Assembly (NCBI RefSeq): GCF_009914755.1
Contig: NC_060935.1
Reading direction: 5' to 3' (one strand)
Source: the human T2T-CHM13v2.0 reference genome, Homo sapiens
DNA length: 64,000 bases
Shown here in pieces: positions 1 to 13,306 of the stretch (positions are counted from its first letter, which is position 1; every line of letters begins with the position of its first letter). The position numbers were made by a program, and so were the translations under genes. Under the pieces are notes generated by a model. It did no database searches and was not told where the DNA came from. It was given only the letters and a program-made list of their open reading frames with translations.

Positions 1-172
1 TGATAGCATTAGGAGAAATACCTTATGTAGATGACGGGTTGATGGGTGCAGTAAACCACCATGGCATGTGTATACCTATGTAACAAACCTGCACGTTCTG
101 CACATGTATCCCAGAACTTAAAGTATAATAAAATAAAATAAAAAATAATTCAAAACCAAAAACAAAAAAAAT
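1..172 (+). mobile_element. 3' end of a primate L1 (L1PA7/8-like) with A-rich tail; continues upstream of the window
   Basis: Typical L1PA 3'UTR tagcattaggagaaatacc...cacatgtatcccagaacttaaagtataat followed by an A-rich tail. Confidence 0.88.
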
Positions 173-1204
173 AAGAAGCCACTCTTTTTAGACAAAACTC
201 AATGTGAGCAAACAGAACATTTAGTGCATTGTACAGGTCAATGGGAGATCAAGGTTATCTGAGGAATGGTCCACTCAACTCCTGCTTATATGTACGTATT
301 TCCTTCTCAGGGCTAGGAAATTCTCCCCACACCTATCCTTTTGATCACCATGGCTGTGATTGCCAGGGACAAAGGAGGAAAAGGACAGAGCCAGATAAAA
401 AAGAAACAAAAGTCAGTTTGTTTAAATTGCCAGGGAATAATGCCTTTGGCTAAAGGAAGTCAGCCCAGAACATCCTGTTCTAGTTAATAAAGTTCATCTG
501 TCTCCCATTTAAGTAAGGAAAACATAATGTCTGCATTTGTGGGGGCTGCTCAGCCATTGCCACCTTCACTCCCACCCAAACTCATGGATGGCTGAGGAGT
601 GTCCGTCCTTTCCCCAGAGCAAGCTGCTCCTTCTGGATGCTAAAGTCCTAGGCAGGCCACATGCATTTAAGCACAAATTCACTTTTTCAGATGCAAATCT
701 CAAAGCTTTCACTAAAAAAGTAAGCCAGTTCCCTCAGTGATTGAACTCTGTATAATTCAGACACAAAAATAAATGTTCCTTCTCTCCTCTACCTCTGTTC
801 CAAAGTATTTCAGCAATGTGGGATCTAGATACAATTAACTTACTCCATGTGACATTCATGTCAAATAACAGCTGAACAACCTTATGCTTTGGAAGGACTC
901 CTCCTCCTTCCACCTTCCTAAGATCTATTCCGGCATCAATTCCCAAGCCACGGCATCAAATAATCCATGACAGATTCTGGATTGCCCAGCTGGTCTTGTC
1001 TGGGAAGGTGCCCATTTGTGAATCAGAGCTCTCAGCAAAAAATGACACTTCTGCAGATAAGCCTGCAAGCTTTTTCTTGTCAGAAAATGAAAAGTATGTG
1101 TTTTCATTTACTTTTGCATTTTCCTCCCTTAAATGCCAGAAACATTAGAGGCAAATTTGTAGCCACAGTGCTCTAATCTGCAAGAAAAATGAAAGACCGT
1201 GAGG

Positions 1205-1340
1205 GTTGGAAGGAGCCCTGAGATCACCTACTAATATCCTCACTTTATAGATGAGGAAAGTGAGGCCCAGAAAGGGGGAGGGATTATAGGTCACGCTACT
1301 AGTTCATGACAGGAACCCATATTTCATGACTCCCAGCTCC
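1205..1340 (-). mobile_element. MIR SINE fragment
   Basis: Core cactttatagatgaggaaagtgaggcccag. Confidence 0.65.
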
Positions 1341-1443
1341 TTCTACTAATGTACAGTGGGCCGTGGAAATGTCTTCTACTCCTGCCTCCTTCCGATGGTC
1401 TCTGTTCACTTTGCAGTGAGCTGCCTTTCACCATCCTTTTGTC

Positions 1444-1596
1444 CGGTGATTCTCAAAGTGTGGTCCCTGGCCAGAAGCATCAACATCACCTGGACTTCGT
1501 TGATACGTAAATTCTCTGGTCCCATCCCAGACTTGCTCAGTCTATTTTAACAAGCCCTCCAGGTGATTTTAATGCTCACTAAAGTTGAGATACTTA
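1444..1596. mobile_element. MER5A-like hAT-Charlie non-autonomous DNA element
   Basis: gtgattctcaaagtgtggtccctgg...agcatcaacatcacctgg...ttttaacaagccctccaggtgatt...aagttgaga. Confidence 0.75.
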
Positions 1597-2530
1597 CTTT
1601 AACCTGTTAGCTTCATCCAACCTATTCACAAGGGGATCAGATCCACCTGATTTCATAGCTCTTTTTCAGTTTGGCTGTTCTAGTTACCTAAGGCAGAAGT
1701 TCACTTAAGTTACCTCTGGAGAAAGAGTGTCTATTGTAAAGTTTTGACCAGGAACTGGAATGGAAAGCTGTCATGAACTGAGGCAGCTCTAGGGACCACT
1801 CTTTCTGTGTTTTTCCCTGTTTCTCTTCCATCTGCCCTTATCTCCTCTTTCCATAATATTCCTTTACTTCCAGGTCTATTACTTTCTGTTCCTTCTTAGC
1901 TGGCATTTGCCATTGGCCTACCACAACCTGACTCTAAAGTCTAAACCATGGTATCCTTTTTGCCTTAATTTTTCTTCCCAAGTGGAAAATTCTTTCTATA
2001 TGACTGCTTTCATGTCTCATTTCAAATTCCTGAAAAGGACATTAACTGGTCCAGTGTATCTCTTGAGCCCGGCCACACGGGGTACACGGTTACCTAAATG
2101 ATTAACCACCCTTGAGCCTGATGTTTGCTCCTATCTAATCTATTATTGACATCACATGAGTGGGCAGCTATTACTATTACAATGTGGGTAATTACATGAG
2201 GGAGTCAAGAGGATGAGAGTGAAACTTGGAAGTGAGACTTCTGTGTAGTGATAGGAACTTCAAGAGGAAATTGGGGAAGAGAGGAGGATGGCAGATGTAG
2301 AACTCCCCTCCCAACCCTGTGAATGAGATGAGGGGGCTTGGGTGGTGGGGCTGAACAATTTGGCTTGCTGAAGGTTGAGTTGGAGATGGAGGTTCTGTTA
2401 TCTTATTATGACCTCAACCTTCAAGAGTACTTCCAGGTTGGGATGGGCTGGAAAATACGGGATGCAGATTATCAACTCCCTAAAAGTCACAGAAGATCCA
2501 AGCTGTAAAGAATTTCAGGGAACACTCAGG

Positions 2531-2675
2531 TCAGCAGTTCTCAGCCCTGGCTGCCCATTAGAGTCCTCTGAAGAGCTTCTGAAAGCCAGAGATGCCTGGG
2601 CTCCACTTCAGGGATTCTGATTTACAGCTCTCCAGACACGTTTAGTGCACAGCCGGGACTGAGAATTGGTGCTCT
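2531..2675. mobile_element. MER5-family DNA element inside MIR-like sequence
   Basis: cagcagttctcagccctggctgcccattagagtc...gatgcctgggctccac...gcacagccgggactgagaa. Confidence 0.6.
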
Positions 2676-4609
2676 AACTAGACCCTTTTAATTTTACAGG
2701 TGGGGAAATTTAGGTTTGGCTGCATAATATTACCATGGATCACTTAAAAATCTATTTCTAACTTGTTTATAGAATTTGGGTTACTAGATCATAAAATGTT
2801 AGAGCTAGAAGAGATCACGGAAGCCATGCAGCAGAACCCTACCACTGTTACTACAGACTAATGAGCTAAGTGACTTGCCTAAGGAGTTGTAGCCAGAAAG
2901 GGGATGATTGAGGGCAAGAACCCAGATCTCCTGACTCCTAATCCAGTGCTCTCCCTATAACAGCCAAGGACAAGGGACTAAAAGGGCCAGATGAGAGGTT
3001 AACCAGAACCGGCTGCAGACCTTGTACACAGTCTACTCAAGGACGCCTTTCCAGCAGCACAGCTGAAAGTTTCGCAGCAGAGTCTGGGTGAAATTGGAAT
3101 GTCAAGCAGTCTTGGCCAAAGGAATCAGTGCTTTGGTGCCCTGAGATTGGGCAGAAGGCTGGTTTGATGATGCTAGTCCTTGCTTTCTGCTTGCCTCCCA
3201 ATTTTGCTGGGAGTATGTGTGTGTGTGTTTGTGTGTATTCCCAACCAACGGACACCTGGGTTGGAACTGTGTTGTGATGTGCTCAAAAACCATGCCCTGG
3301 GTGTCAGGGATCTCTCCATTTACTGGGGCAAGGTTGTCTTTGTTTTCCAGAGTGGCTTTGATCAAAGTGTTGGCATTCATTGGTCTTGTGTACAGCTGGA
3401 AATGGGCTCCAGTGGGTATTTAGGAAGCAGAGGTGTGTAATTCATGTCCCAGGGGTCCCTCTGGGTGTGTGTGCACATGCATGTGCATGTGGGGGTTGCC
3501 GGTGGGCTGGTGGAGGTGGTTGAAGACAAGAAGGTTCCAATGCAAGAAAATGAAGCATACCAGACATATTGAGCGGGAAGTAGGAAACTCCAAGGAGGTA
3601 AATGTGAACCTTAACCATATCCTCTTATGGGTATGGGGTGAGAGGGAAGAAGAGATGAAAAAGTAATACCCCTCCTTTAAGCTTATGAGGAAGTTTACAA
3701 TTGATAAAGCATGTTCACATGCGTTTAGCCCTTCTGACCCTCATAATGATGCCACAAGGTGGATAGTTCCTGTGATCCGAGCTTGGAGCTGTGGAGTAGC
3801 TCCAAGGCCACATGGTATTTAGATAAGGGGGCTGAACCACTACCTCTGACTCCAGCCCAAGTGCTCTGTCCAACATGATATATTATGTTTCCCAAGTGTG
3901 AGAGTGTGTGTGTGCACCCATGTGTGTGCCCCTCCTGGGTGCAGACTTATCTGGCAAGGGAGTTTAAGTGAAGGCCAGAATGATGTGTCATGTTTACCAG
4001 GGCCAACCAGAAGCTGGACTATGAATTCAGGAACAACACAGGAAATTGGCTCTTGGTCAGCTGTGATGTCTTAGATAAGTCAGCTTTCGTTTTCATCTCA
4101 GTGAAATAATAAGCACCTCAAGGAGTTGTTATAGGGCTCAACAATAATGCACACAAAATAGCTAGACCAGGGCCCACCATGGGAAGTACATGCATTCAAT
4201 AAATGGTAACTCTTAATATCCTGTATGTATGTTATTGGCCAGTGTGCAGAAGACCACCTATTTGCAGATAAGAAAGACAGCAGCTTGGCTCAGGGCCAAG
4301 GGCTGCTGGCTTTGTCCAAATACATCTTCAGGTACTTTCCACAGAGCTTCCGACTACATAAAACCAAGTCCCACTTCCCAGCCTCACCTTTCTAACTCAT
4401 CACAGCCCGATCTCTGATTCCTCACACATACTTGCTAATGATTTGCTAGTTAAGTGCAAGTACAGATGATTTCAGGTCTGAATCAAACAACAGAGTGTGG
4501 CGGTACTTCAGAGGACTGGGGTGGCCTCAGCAGGTTTACAGTGTGTATTCTTGGGTGGGGTGACTGAGTGGATGACAACTCCTGGGGTCCTGGGTCAAAC
4601 AGATCACAG

Positions 4610-4810
4610 CTGCTGAGCTCCTACTAGGGCCAGGCCCTTTACATTTGGAATCTCATTGAATCCTCCCAAGCAGCCATGTGAATAAGTGTTATTTCCATTT
4701 CACACATGAGGAGGCTGAGGAGGTGCTAAATTAATTGTCAAAAGTCATCAGGAGCTGAGATTCAAGGCCAAGCCTGCCTGGCTTCAAAGTCCGTGCTGCT
4801 TCTACTACCT
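4610..4810 (-). mobile_element. MIR SINE
   Basis: tgaatcctcccaag...ccatttcacacatgaggaggctgagg...gattcaaggccaagcctgcctggcttcaaagtcc. Confidence 0.65.
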
Positions 4811-4824
4811 ACAACCCAGCCCTC

Positions 4825-5287
4825 TGACAAAGACGCTCCTTTGACCAAAACTTTAGTTGGGCTCCTGAGTCCCCTCTGACTAGATCAGACATTGGGCTTC
4901 CCTCCCTGTCCTTGTAGAATCCAGTGTGAGCAAGAATCCTGCTAAGTCGGTTTGGCCAAAATCCTCCACCTGCCTTTGGTAACTTGCCACCCTTGTTATC
5001 TCAGGACCCTGGTCCGCCTTCAGCAATAATCCCATCCTGTCAATTTAACCAGAAACCCCTTATTCTTGATGTTTCCTCCTAGTAATTATCCAAGCACCGC
5101 CCCCCATGCTGTTCCTGGGTTATAAATCCCCATTTGTCCTTACTGGAGTCAGAGTTGAGTCCAATCTCTCCCTCACTGCAAGACTCCTCTGCCATAGTTC
5201 AAAATCTATCGTAGTCCTCTGCCCTCCAGCTCCTGAATAAAGTCTGCCTTACCATCTTTAACAAGTGTCATAATGTTTTCTTTCAGA
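4825..5287 (+). mobile_element. ERV1 solo LTR, MER31-like, with 4-bp TSD CCTC
   Basis: Starts TGACAAAGAC...TTGACCAAAACTTTAG; contains TATAAA (~5121) and AATAAA (~5236); CCTC at 4821-4824 and 5288-5291. Confidence 0.75.
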
Positions 5288-6382
5288 CCTCCATCACCCA
5301 TACGGGTTGGACCCTACACCAAAGCTGGGAAATGTTAGGTCTAAAGGCGGGTGCAGCACATTGCTTGGAGCCCAAGAGGATGAGGCATGTGAAGACAGGG
5401 CTGGTCAACAGGGATGTGGCCTGGGAGAGGGAGAGTATTCACTGACACTGGACCCCATATGGCTTCCTCCCCATGCCCTTCCTCTGGGTTGAGTTCTGTC
5501 TCGGCCTCCACCCAGCCTCACCTCTGGCTTTCACCTCTTCCAGCTCACACACTAGTGACTGACCTTCATGGGGCGTTCCCTCAAGCCAGGCTCATGGAGG
5601 CGCATGCAGAGGAGTGTCAAGTGAGAGGCAGGATGAGGCAAAGGAGGCTCCACCAGAGCCCAGAACCTTCTGTGGTGCCTATCTGCCCAGAGACACTCAG
5701 GTGCCCCTGAGATACTCTTTCCCCGGTAATGAGGTGATGCAGAGCCCCAGGCAGGTTGGAGTCTCAATTTTAGCATCAGCTGGATGTAATTAGCTTTGGT
5801 GGGGGGCCAGACACCATTACAGAGGACTTCATTGTTCTTGGGAACCTGGCAGGAGTGTTTATCGTTTCAGAAACTGAGAAGGTGCTGGCTCTCTCCCTCT
5901 TGGCCTCGGGACTGTCCTCCCTTCAGATGCTAATCCACAAAGTAAGTCCAAGCCAGGTCTCAGATGAAGTTCAGGGCTTGGGTGGAGCCCAAACTTTTAT
6001 TTCCCCCAGGAGCAAGGCAGGTGTGGAATCCACACCTGGAAAGCAGCCAAATGGAAACCTAGAGCAACAACTCAGAATGTCACATGTCAGATAACTTAAT
6101 TGGGTAATCATCTGAAGAAGGGTTTGTGCACAACGTATTCGAGAAGTCTGAACCAAGAGTGTGAGGGACTAATCCAAGAAGATGGTTAAGTCTGCCCAAG
6201 CCTGCCTCAAGCTCACTCAGCTGCAGGCCCCCGGACCCTGCTGGATCAATTCCTCCCAGGAGAGCTCTAGAAGTGGTATCTAGCAATCCCCACCTGAGAC
6301 CCCTGGGAAGTCAAACATTCCTGGAGCTGCAACGACACCCCACCCAGAATGCCCACCAGCTGTGCACAGTCCGAAACTGTAA

Positions 6383-6582
6383 GAGGCAGTGTAGTGTGGT
6401 GGTTGCCTGTCTACACTTTGGTTCAGATTGGCTTGGGCCCTGGCTTTGCTGGTTATAAACTATGTGTGACTTTGGGTAAGTTATTTCCCTGTGCCTCAGT
6501 TTTCCCATTTGCAATTGAGATGATAATAGGGCCTACCTCCTAGGGAGGTTGTAATCATTAAATGCATTAAGATATGTAAATT
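6383..6582 (+). mobile_element. MIR SINE (near full core)
   Basis: gaggcagtgtagtgtggtggtt...tgtgtgactttgggtaagttatttccctgtgcctcagttttcccatttgcaa. Confidence 0.75.
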
Positions 6583-7329
6583 CAGTCCTGGTGGTGTCCC
6601 TGGATTCTGGAGTGGGCTCTGGAGGCAAATTCTACTTTTACAAGCCTGTTGCATATGCAAGGTCCTAACCCTTCTACTAGTTCATCTGGAACCACTGAAG
6701 CCACTACAATCTAGTTTCCATAAGAGCATATGGAGTGAGGGCTTCCACACATCCTGGCAATAGGGGCCAGAGTGGGGTAGACTTGAATTTCCATTAGATC
6801 TCAGTCAGGGGAGATGGTTAATCTTGCCTTAGGGGGATAAAGGTCCTCTTCAGGAAAAAGCTGGTTCTGGAAAAGCAAAATTGTGTATGTTTGCATAATT
6901 TTGGGTTTGGTTTCCTTCTGAAGTTAAAAGTGTTAGTTTGTTACATGTTCAATGATTCAATTTTCTTGGTAAATATTTAAACATGCATATGTATAATATG
7001 ATTCTACATCTATCAATCCTTTCTCCTTTCTACAATAGTTACTGAAGAGAAATAGACACTGACATTTATCTGGTTCCAATTTTATGCCAGGTACCTGATC
7101 CACACTTCTCATTTTACCCTCATAATGATTGAGTTAGGTAGTATTGTTACCTCAATTTCATAAATGTGGAAATTAAGGCAGAGAGAGGATAAGAAAATCA
7201 CCCAGGGTCAAGGAGATTAAAATTCGGGGCTGATTGCAAAGAACCAATTCTTCACACTGAGTACACAGCATTACTTTCCCAACCGAGTGACAATTACTTG
7301 CCAAGTATTGGTCTAGAATACCCAACAGA

Positions 7330-7760
7330 TCCATCATGTTTCTTGACCCTTCAAGAAGTTTGTATTCTAGTAGAAGACAGTTATATACAAACAACTAAAA
7401 ACATGAAAAACAAAAAGAAAACTATGGGATAGACGAAGTATGTGTAATGGATTTTGAGGAGGCCAAGAAAGGGGTGGTCAGTTCAGCCTGAGGGGATGGG
7501 GGAGGGCTCCGTGGAGAAGTTGACCCTTGGGGTGGGCCTTGAAGGATAACCAGAATTGTGATGAGTGGAGACCAAGGAAAGGGGAGATGCAGGAGTTTGA
7601 GGCAGACAGGACCATACGTGCCAAGGCATGGAGAAGAACATCGGTGTACTTGGGCATGGAGAACAGATCAGAGTAGTTAGAACACTGAATTTTGGAGCTG
7701 GGCTGTGACAGGCTTAGATATCTCAGACTGTTGGGCTTGATTCTTTAAGCCCTAGGGAGC
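7330..7760 (-). mobile_element. L2 LINE fragment
   Basis: Degenerate L2 3' region (gacccttggggtgggccttgaagga...gccaaggcatggag). Confidence 0.55.
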
Positions 7761-9050
7761 TGCTAAATGCCTCAGATGAAATGCCATGAGCTGATCTGTG
7801 CAGAAAGGATCATTTCTGAGAAGGAACAGGGGAAGTACATAGAGTCCTGCATCCTTCAGAAATGTACCATCAGCTCCTAATGTCTCTACCACTATTGGTT
7901 TTGGGAATGAGAATAAGAGAACAGGAGTCTCCTTCCTGTTGCAAGAAGCATGTTGAAGACCAGAACTGTTATGGAGCCCTGGCATAGTGAGCCTCTATAG
8001 GTTTGCAAAAGCTTAGCTGTTCTGAGTGATGAGGATGTGTCTGCTGCAACAGCCAGACACACCACCATCAGGATGAGGTTTGATGTGCTATCCTTTGCCA
8101 ACGGTAACAGTGGGATCCGGAAAGAAACAGGACTGGCATTGGGAACACACTGTGACCATCTTGTAATATTCAACCGAAATGCTGGCTACAAAACTAGAAG
8201 ATTGTTTTTCCAAATTAAAAAAAGCTGTTTTGAATCCATGATTACATGTTCCCCATAAAACGCGTGATTTACAAACACTAACTTATAAATTCTACATAAA
8301 TGTAAATTACATATCTGTGCACAGTATGTTGCATATTTACATATTTGAACGTAGACTAGAACAATGTTCCATTACATATACCAGGTAGCTCTTTTAACAT
8401 TAGTGCTAGAACTATGTATTTATAATTATAAGGCACCTTGCACCAAGGACTCTACCATTTTTTCTTTTTTTTAAAACATATATTCTGAAGTCATTTTGAA
8501 AAAAAACCTGATTGCTTTAGAAAACTCCTCAAAATTCTTTGGCTCTGAGAGAAAATGGAGTGCCAAAGTTTTGTCTAATAAAATGACATTTAAAGTGGAA
8601 TCTGAGTCAAGCCCAAAGGAAGATATGCTGGTTTTTCAAACATCAAAAGAATTCAGTCTTTGGTATCCAACACTCCATTATTCATTGGCCTGAATTGGCA
8701 GGAGAGCTGTTGGTACTTTGGAGGTGACCAGAGGGGGTGAGAGAAGTGACAGGTAGATAATGAGAGAAATACAACCTGAACTCTCTCTCAGGCCAACTCT
8801 GAGCATGCTGGGCATTTATTATTTGGAGGTGAAGAAGAGTCAATAAACCCTTGCTAGCTACTCTTTTCACTCATTTCTCTGCTTACGGGGTCATTTTTCT
8901 GAGCAAGTGCTTGAAATCAAATGTCTTTTTGTTGGACCACTGACCCAATCAGAGTTAGCCTCCAGAGTCCCAATATGCATGAAGGGCGGAAAGAATTTAT
9001 TCCCCTCTATGAGGCAGCCCCTCCCAGAGCCCTCACTCCACGGGGGCTCA

Positions 9051-9311
<261 letters not shown>

Positions 9312-9384
9312 TCATGGGCAAGCCATCTGCCCTGAGCATGAGCTTCAACAGCTATGAAATGTGAAGATGACCTGCTTGTGGTGC

Positions 9385-9600
9385 TTATTATTATACATGG
9401 TGTAGATACTGTTCTAAATATTTTACATTAACTCCTTTAAAACTTCCAATGGCTTGTGAAGTAGGGATTATAATTCTTGCTATTTTAGAGGCAAGGAGAC
9501 TCATGTAGAGAGAAATTGACTCACCCCAACTCTCATGGCGTGTGGGAATTTGAATCTAAGCAGTCTGACTCTGGAATCTGTGCTCTCAACCACTGTTCAA
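9385..9600 (-). mobile_element. MIR SINE
   Basis: gtagggattataattc...ttttagaggcaagg...gaatttgaatctaagcagtctgactctggaatctgtgctctcaaccact. Confidence 0.65.
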
Positions 9601-11234
9601 GATGCTTATGATATTATGTGAACATTAATGAATGACAATAGCATAATAATATTCTGGAGGTGGGGTAGGGTCAAGGAAAATTCTGGGCATATAAGCACTC
9701 TAGGACTGGCCTCTCCTACCACACTGGACTGGTTCCTGTCACGAGTTGTGATTTCCAAAAATAATCTCTCTTTTACCTAATCCCTGAGACCTGAAATCAC
9801 TAAGCCAGGGAAAGAGGCTTCCATTCAGACTCCTAAGAATGCAAAAACCTCTGTGAGAGAAAACCTAGGGGTTGAAATTCACAATTAAGTGTGACTGCTA
9901 ATATCACAACCTTTCTGGATAATAATCTTGGGGAGAATACCAAGGTACTTGATGCTCTGGCATGAGGTGGGATGGGAGAAATTTTCTAACAGGGGTAAAA
10001 AAGTCTGTGGTCTGGTGAAATGATCTCTGGGCATGACATCAGGATCCTATGTTTGAATCCCAGCTCTGCTGTTTATTAGCTGTGTGAACTTGGGAAAGTC
10101 TTGTGTGACTTCTTGGGTCTCAGCCTCTTCCTCTGTACCAAAGGAATTGGTCCTTTGGTGGAAAACTAAAAACTGTGCTCTGGAAGGTGTTTTTAGCAAG
10201 AGAGGACTGATACTCAGGAAGAGCAAGGATCTCAGCCCATTGCCAGTGTGGGATTCTCTTACCCAGTGGCCATTTGTGCACATCTTTTCTCAATTCTACA
10301 TTCAGTTATGTCAAACTGGTAACCTGAAATCAGCCATCGTACAAGTATTTACACTATGGAATCCGGCAGATTCCATAATTTCCTATCCCGCCCCTCACCC
10401 AGCACAGATAACCAGTTATTAAAGATTTACCAGCACACCACTGCCCTTACCCAAAAGAAGATGGCGAGTTTTCTTAGCGTGTCCCCAAGCACCTGTAAAA
10501 TGAGGGACTCCTGGAAATAAGCGGGTCAAGGTGGTCAAGCAGCATCAGGGGCAAGCCCTCTAGAGCTCCCAGTAATGGGCACACTCTTCTGTCCCTGAGC
10601 CTGGAATGTTTCCCCAGGCCTATGAGTGAGGCCCATCTACCTGGAAATAACTGGGGAGAGAAGGATTTTTGAATTTAACTTTTAGAGCTTAATATCTGTA
10701 GGAAAGAGGATTTCACTTTGGACTTGATTTCTTCTTTATAAATTTAACAAAAGGAGAAGGTTCAGATTGTTCAAACTTAGGGTGTGTCTCATCCTGTTAG
10801 TTGATTTCATTGTGTAATTTCTGGCTTGCTCTTCAGAGTGACTTAGCTAGACCCAATCAGAGTGAGATAAAAAAGAGGGAGAGGATATTTGGCCTGACTA
10901 CAGTATGGCCTTGGAGTTAATGTGACTAACATCCTTCGAGTTTAGAGCTTTGGGAGTAGGGGTGGAGGTATGAGCAGAGGCTTCTGTGCTCATCACCACT
11001 CAGAAGCAATGGATGGTATGAGGGAAACAGAGGAATATGAGTGCAGGGTGACCCTGGCATGCTGCTGAGCTCTGCTCCTAGGGGGACAGCCACACCCTCA
11101 GGGACCCGAAGTCTTGGCCAGTTTGTTCTATAGATAGAACTGGCCAAGTTCTATAGTTTGTTTGTTCTAAGAGGGGGATTCCTTATCTTCTTCCTACATT
11201 TCTGCTAGAGCCAATAACAAGGTGACATATTTAC

Positions 11235-11590
11235 TTGACAAACACTGACATACGGCCTACTATGTGCCAGGCACTGTTCTCAGCACATCACAAATACTAA
11301 GGCATTTAATCCTCATAACAACCCTATGAGTTTTCCCTATGGTACTCATCGTACCAATGGGAAAAGACCCATAGAGGCTAAGTAACTTTTGCCATTAAGA
11401 GGTAGAATATAGATTTGAACTCAGTCTAGTACTAGAGTCTGGTCTTGTAGCCACTGGTCCCTGCTGCATCTTAGCTGTGGCATAGCAGAGAAATGAAAAG
11501 CATAGACTCTGGAGCCAGGTCTCTGTGTTCAAATTCTAGCCACGCCCATTTATAGCCATTCAACCTGGGAAGTGACTACCTTTAGTAAAG
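11235..11590. mobile_element. Two adjacent MIR fragments in opposite orientation
   Basis: cctactatgtgccaggcactgttct...atttaatcctcataacaaccctatgag (-), then gcatagactctggagccaggtctctgtgttcaaattctagc (+). Confidence 0.6.
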
Positions 11591-12188
11591 CTGATAAAGT
11601 TGACCCTGTGATTCCCCATTTTCTCTTTATGTCTGGATCCCCATTGGAGGAGAACTCACAGAGGAGGCAGGGTTATTAACTGTTGCCCATAGCCTCCAAC
11701 AAATGACATCTAGGTCCATCCTAAGGTGTCCCCTGTCCATTTCCCTCTCCCCCACCACGTCCCCCTAATTCCAGGAACCCAAGCCACGTACTACTTCCTT
11801 AACAGGCCTGTCTCTACCTCTTTGCTCCAGTTCGTCCCTCTCAGTGAAATGTTCTCCCTGAACCCCATTGCTGTCTGCTGAAATCTTATCAGTGCTTCTT
11901 ATGCTGACTCAGCTTCTACCACTTCCCAGAGGCCCTTCCAGATTCCACTAGTTGGAATGCAGTTTCCCTTCCCATTTCCCCCAGGACATGTCAGCTGTGT
12001 CTCAGTCATAACAAGCCTTGTCTCTCAGGGAGACCATGAATCCTTTAGAAGGTAGGGCTGAGTCTGGGATCTCTTTGGGCTCTCAGCCTTTTTTAGCTGG
12101 AGAGTTTCCAGAAAACCCTCTGTGAAGCACAGGAAACAGACAGCTCAGCCCAAGGACCAGACAGAGAGAACAGACACTAGGTACTGAC

Positions 12189-12322
12189 TTGTCCAGGTCA
12201 CTCTGCTGCCGCTCGTAATATCTCATGATTCGGAGGAGCTGGACGTCCTGGCTCAGAAAGCAGGGCGGGATTAGGCCGTGGATTCCAAGCTGCAGCCTTT
12301 CTTCAAGGGTAAAGGCCATCCC
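12189..12322 (-). CDS. ME3: ME3 internal coding exon (134 nt, phase 0 to 2), approx. residues G62-K106 of mitochondrial NADP-malic enzyme
   Basis: Translates GMAFTLEERLQLGIHGLIPPCFLSQDVQLLRIMRYYERQQSDLD+AA, which matches the recalled ME3 N-terminal domain. Acceptor tttcccag| (AG at 12324-12323) follows a pyrimidine tract; donor |gtcagt starts at 12188. Confidence 0.96.
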
Positions 12323-12606
12323 CTGGGAAAAACAGGAAAAGAACACCCACACATAAGTGCATACTCAGGAGACAAAGGAACAGAAGGGGTCCCACCCACA
12401 GATAGGTAAAAGTCAGTGTGACTCAGTAGAAAGGGCCCTCAACTCAAATTCCACCTCTGCTATTAAAGTAGGAGGGTCATCTTGTGCCAGTTACTTTGAT
12501 GCTTCTGAACTTCAGCTTCCTCATTGGAAAAAATGGGGAAACTATCTGTATCATCAGCATTTTTCTTTTTCTTAATATATATGTTTTATTTTATTTTTTA
12601 GAACAG

Positions 12607-12984
12607 TGATATGGTTTGTCTCTGTGTCCCCACCCAAATCTCATCTTGAATTGTAATCCAAATCCATAGTCCCCATGTGTTGAGGGAGGGCCCTGGTGGG
12701 ACGTGATTGGATCACAGGGGCAGTTTTCCCCATGCTATTCTTGTGATAGTGAGTGAGTTCTCATGAGATCTGGTTGTTTGATAAGTGTCTGGTGCTTCCT
12801 CCTTTTCTGTCTGTCCTGCTGCCATGTAAGATGTGCCTGCTTCCCCTTCACCTTCTACTATGATTGTAAGTTTCCTGAGGCCTCCCCAGACATGTGGAAC
12901 TATGAGTCAATTAAGCTTCTTTCATTTATAAATTACCTAGTCTCAGGTAGTATCTTTATAGCAGTGTGAAAACGGACTAATACA
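12607..12984 (+). mobile_element. MaLR solo LTR (THE1D-like) with 5-bp TSD AACAG
   Basis: TGATATGGTTTG...CCCCACCCAAATCTCATCTTGAATTGT...GCAGTGTGAAAACGGACTAATACA; AACAG at 12602-12606 and 12985-12989. Confidence 0.9.
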
Positions 12985-13201
12985 AACAGTATTTACAGAA
13001 AAACTGAGAAGACAGTAGAGTTCCCATATACCCCCTCAGCCAGTGTCCCGATTATTAACATTTGACATTAGTATTATACGTTCATTAGAGTCAATGAACC
13101 AGTAATGATCCATTATTATTAACTAAAGCCTTTAGTTTATTCAGATTTTTTAAAGTTTTTATCTAACTGTATATAGATAGATAAATATATGTATATAATG
13201 A

Positions 13202-13225
13202 TGTGTGTGTGTGTGTGTGTGTGTA

Positions 13226-13304
<79 letters not shown>
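13202..13304. repeat. Compound microsatellite (TG)n followed by about (TA)24
   Basis: Directly visible. Confidence 0.95.

Positions 13305-13306
<2 letters not shown>

Noticed and set aside
12083-12352. 89-aa ORF as a stand-alone gene
   Set aside because: It is the ME3 exon plus flanking intron in the same frame.
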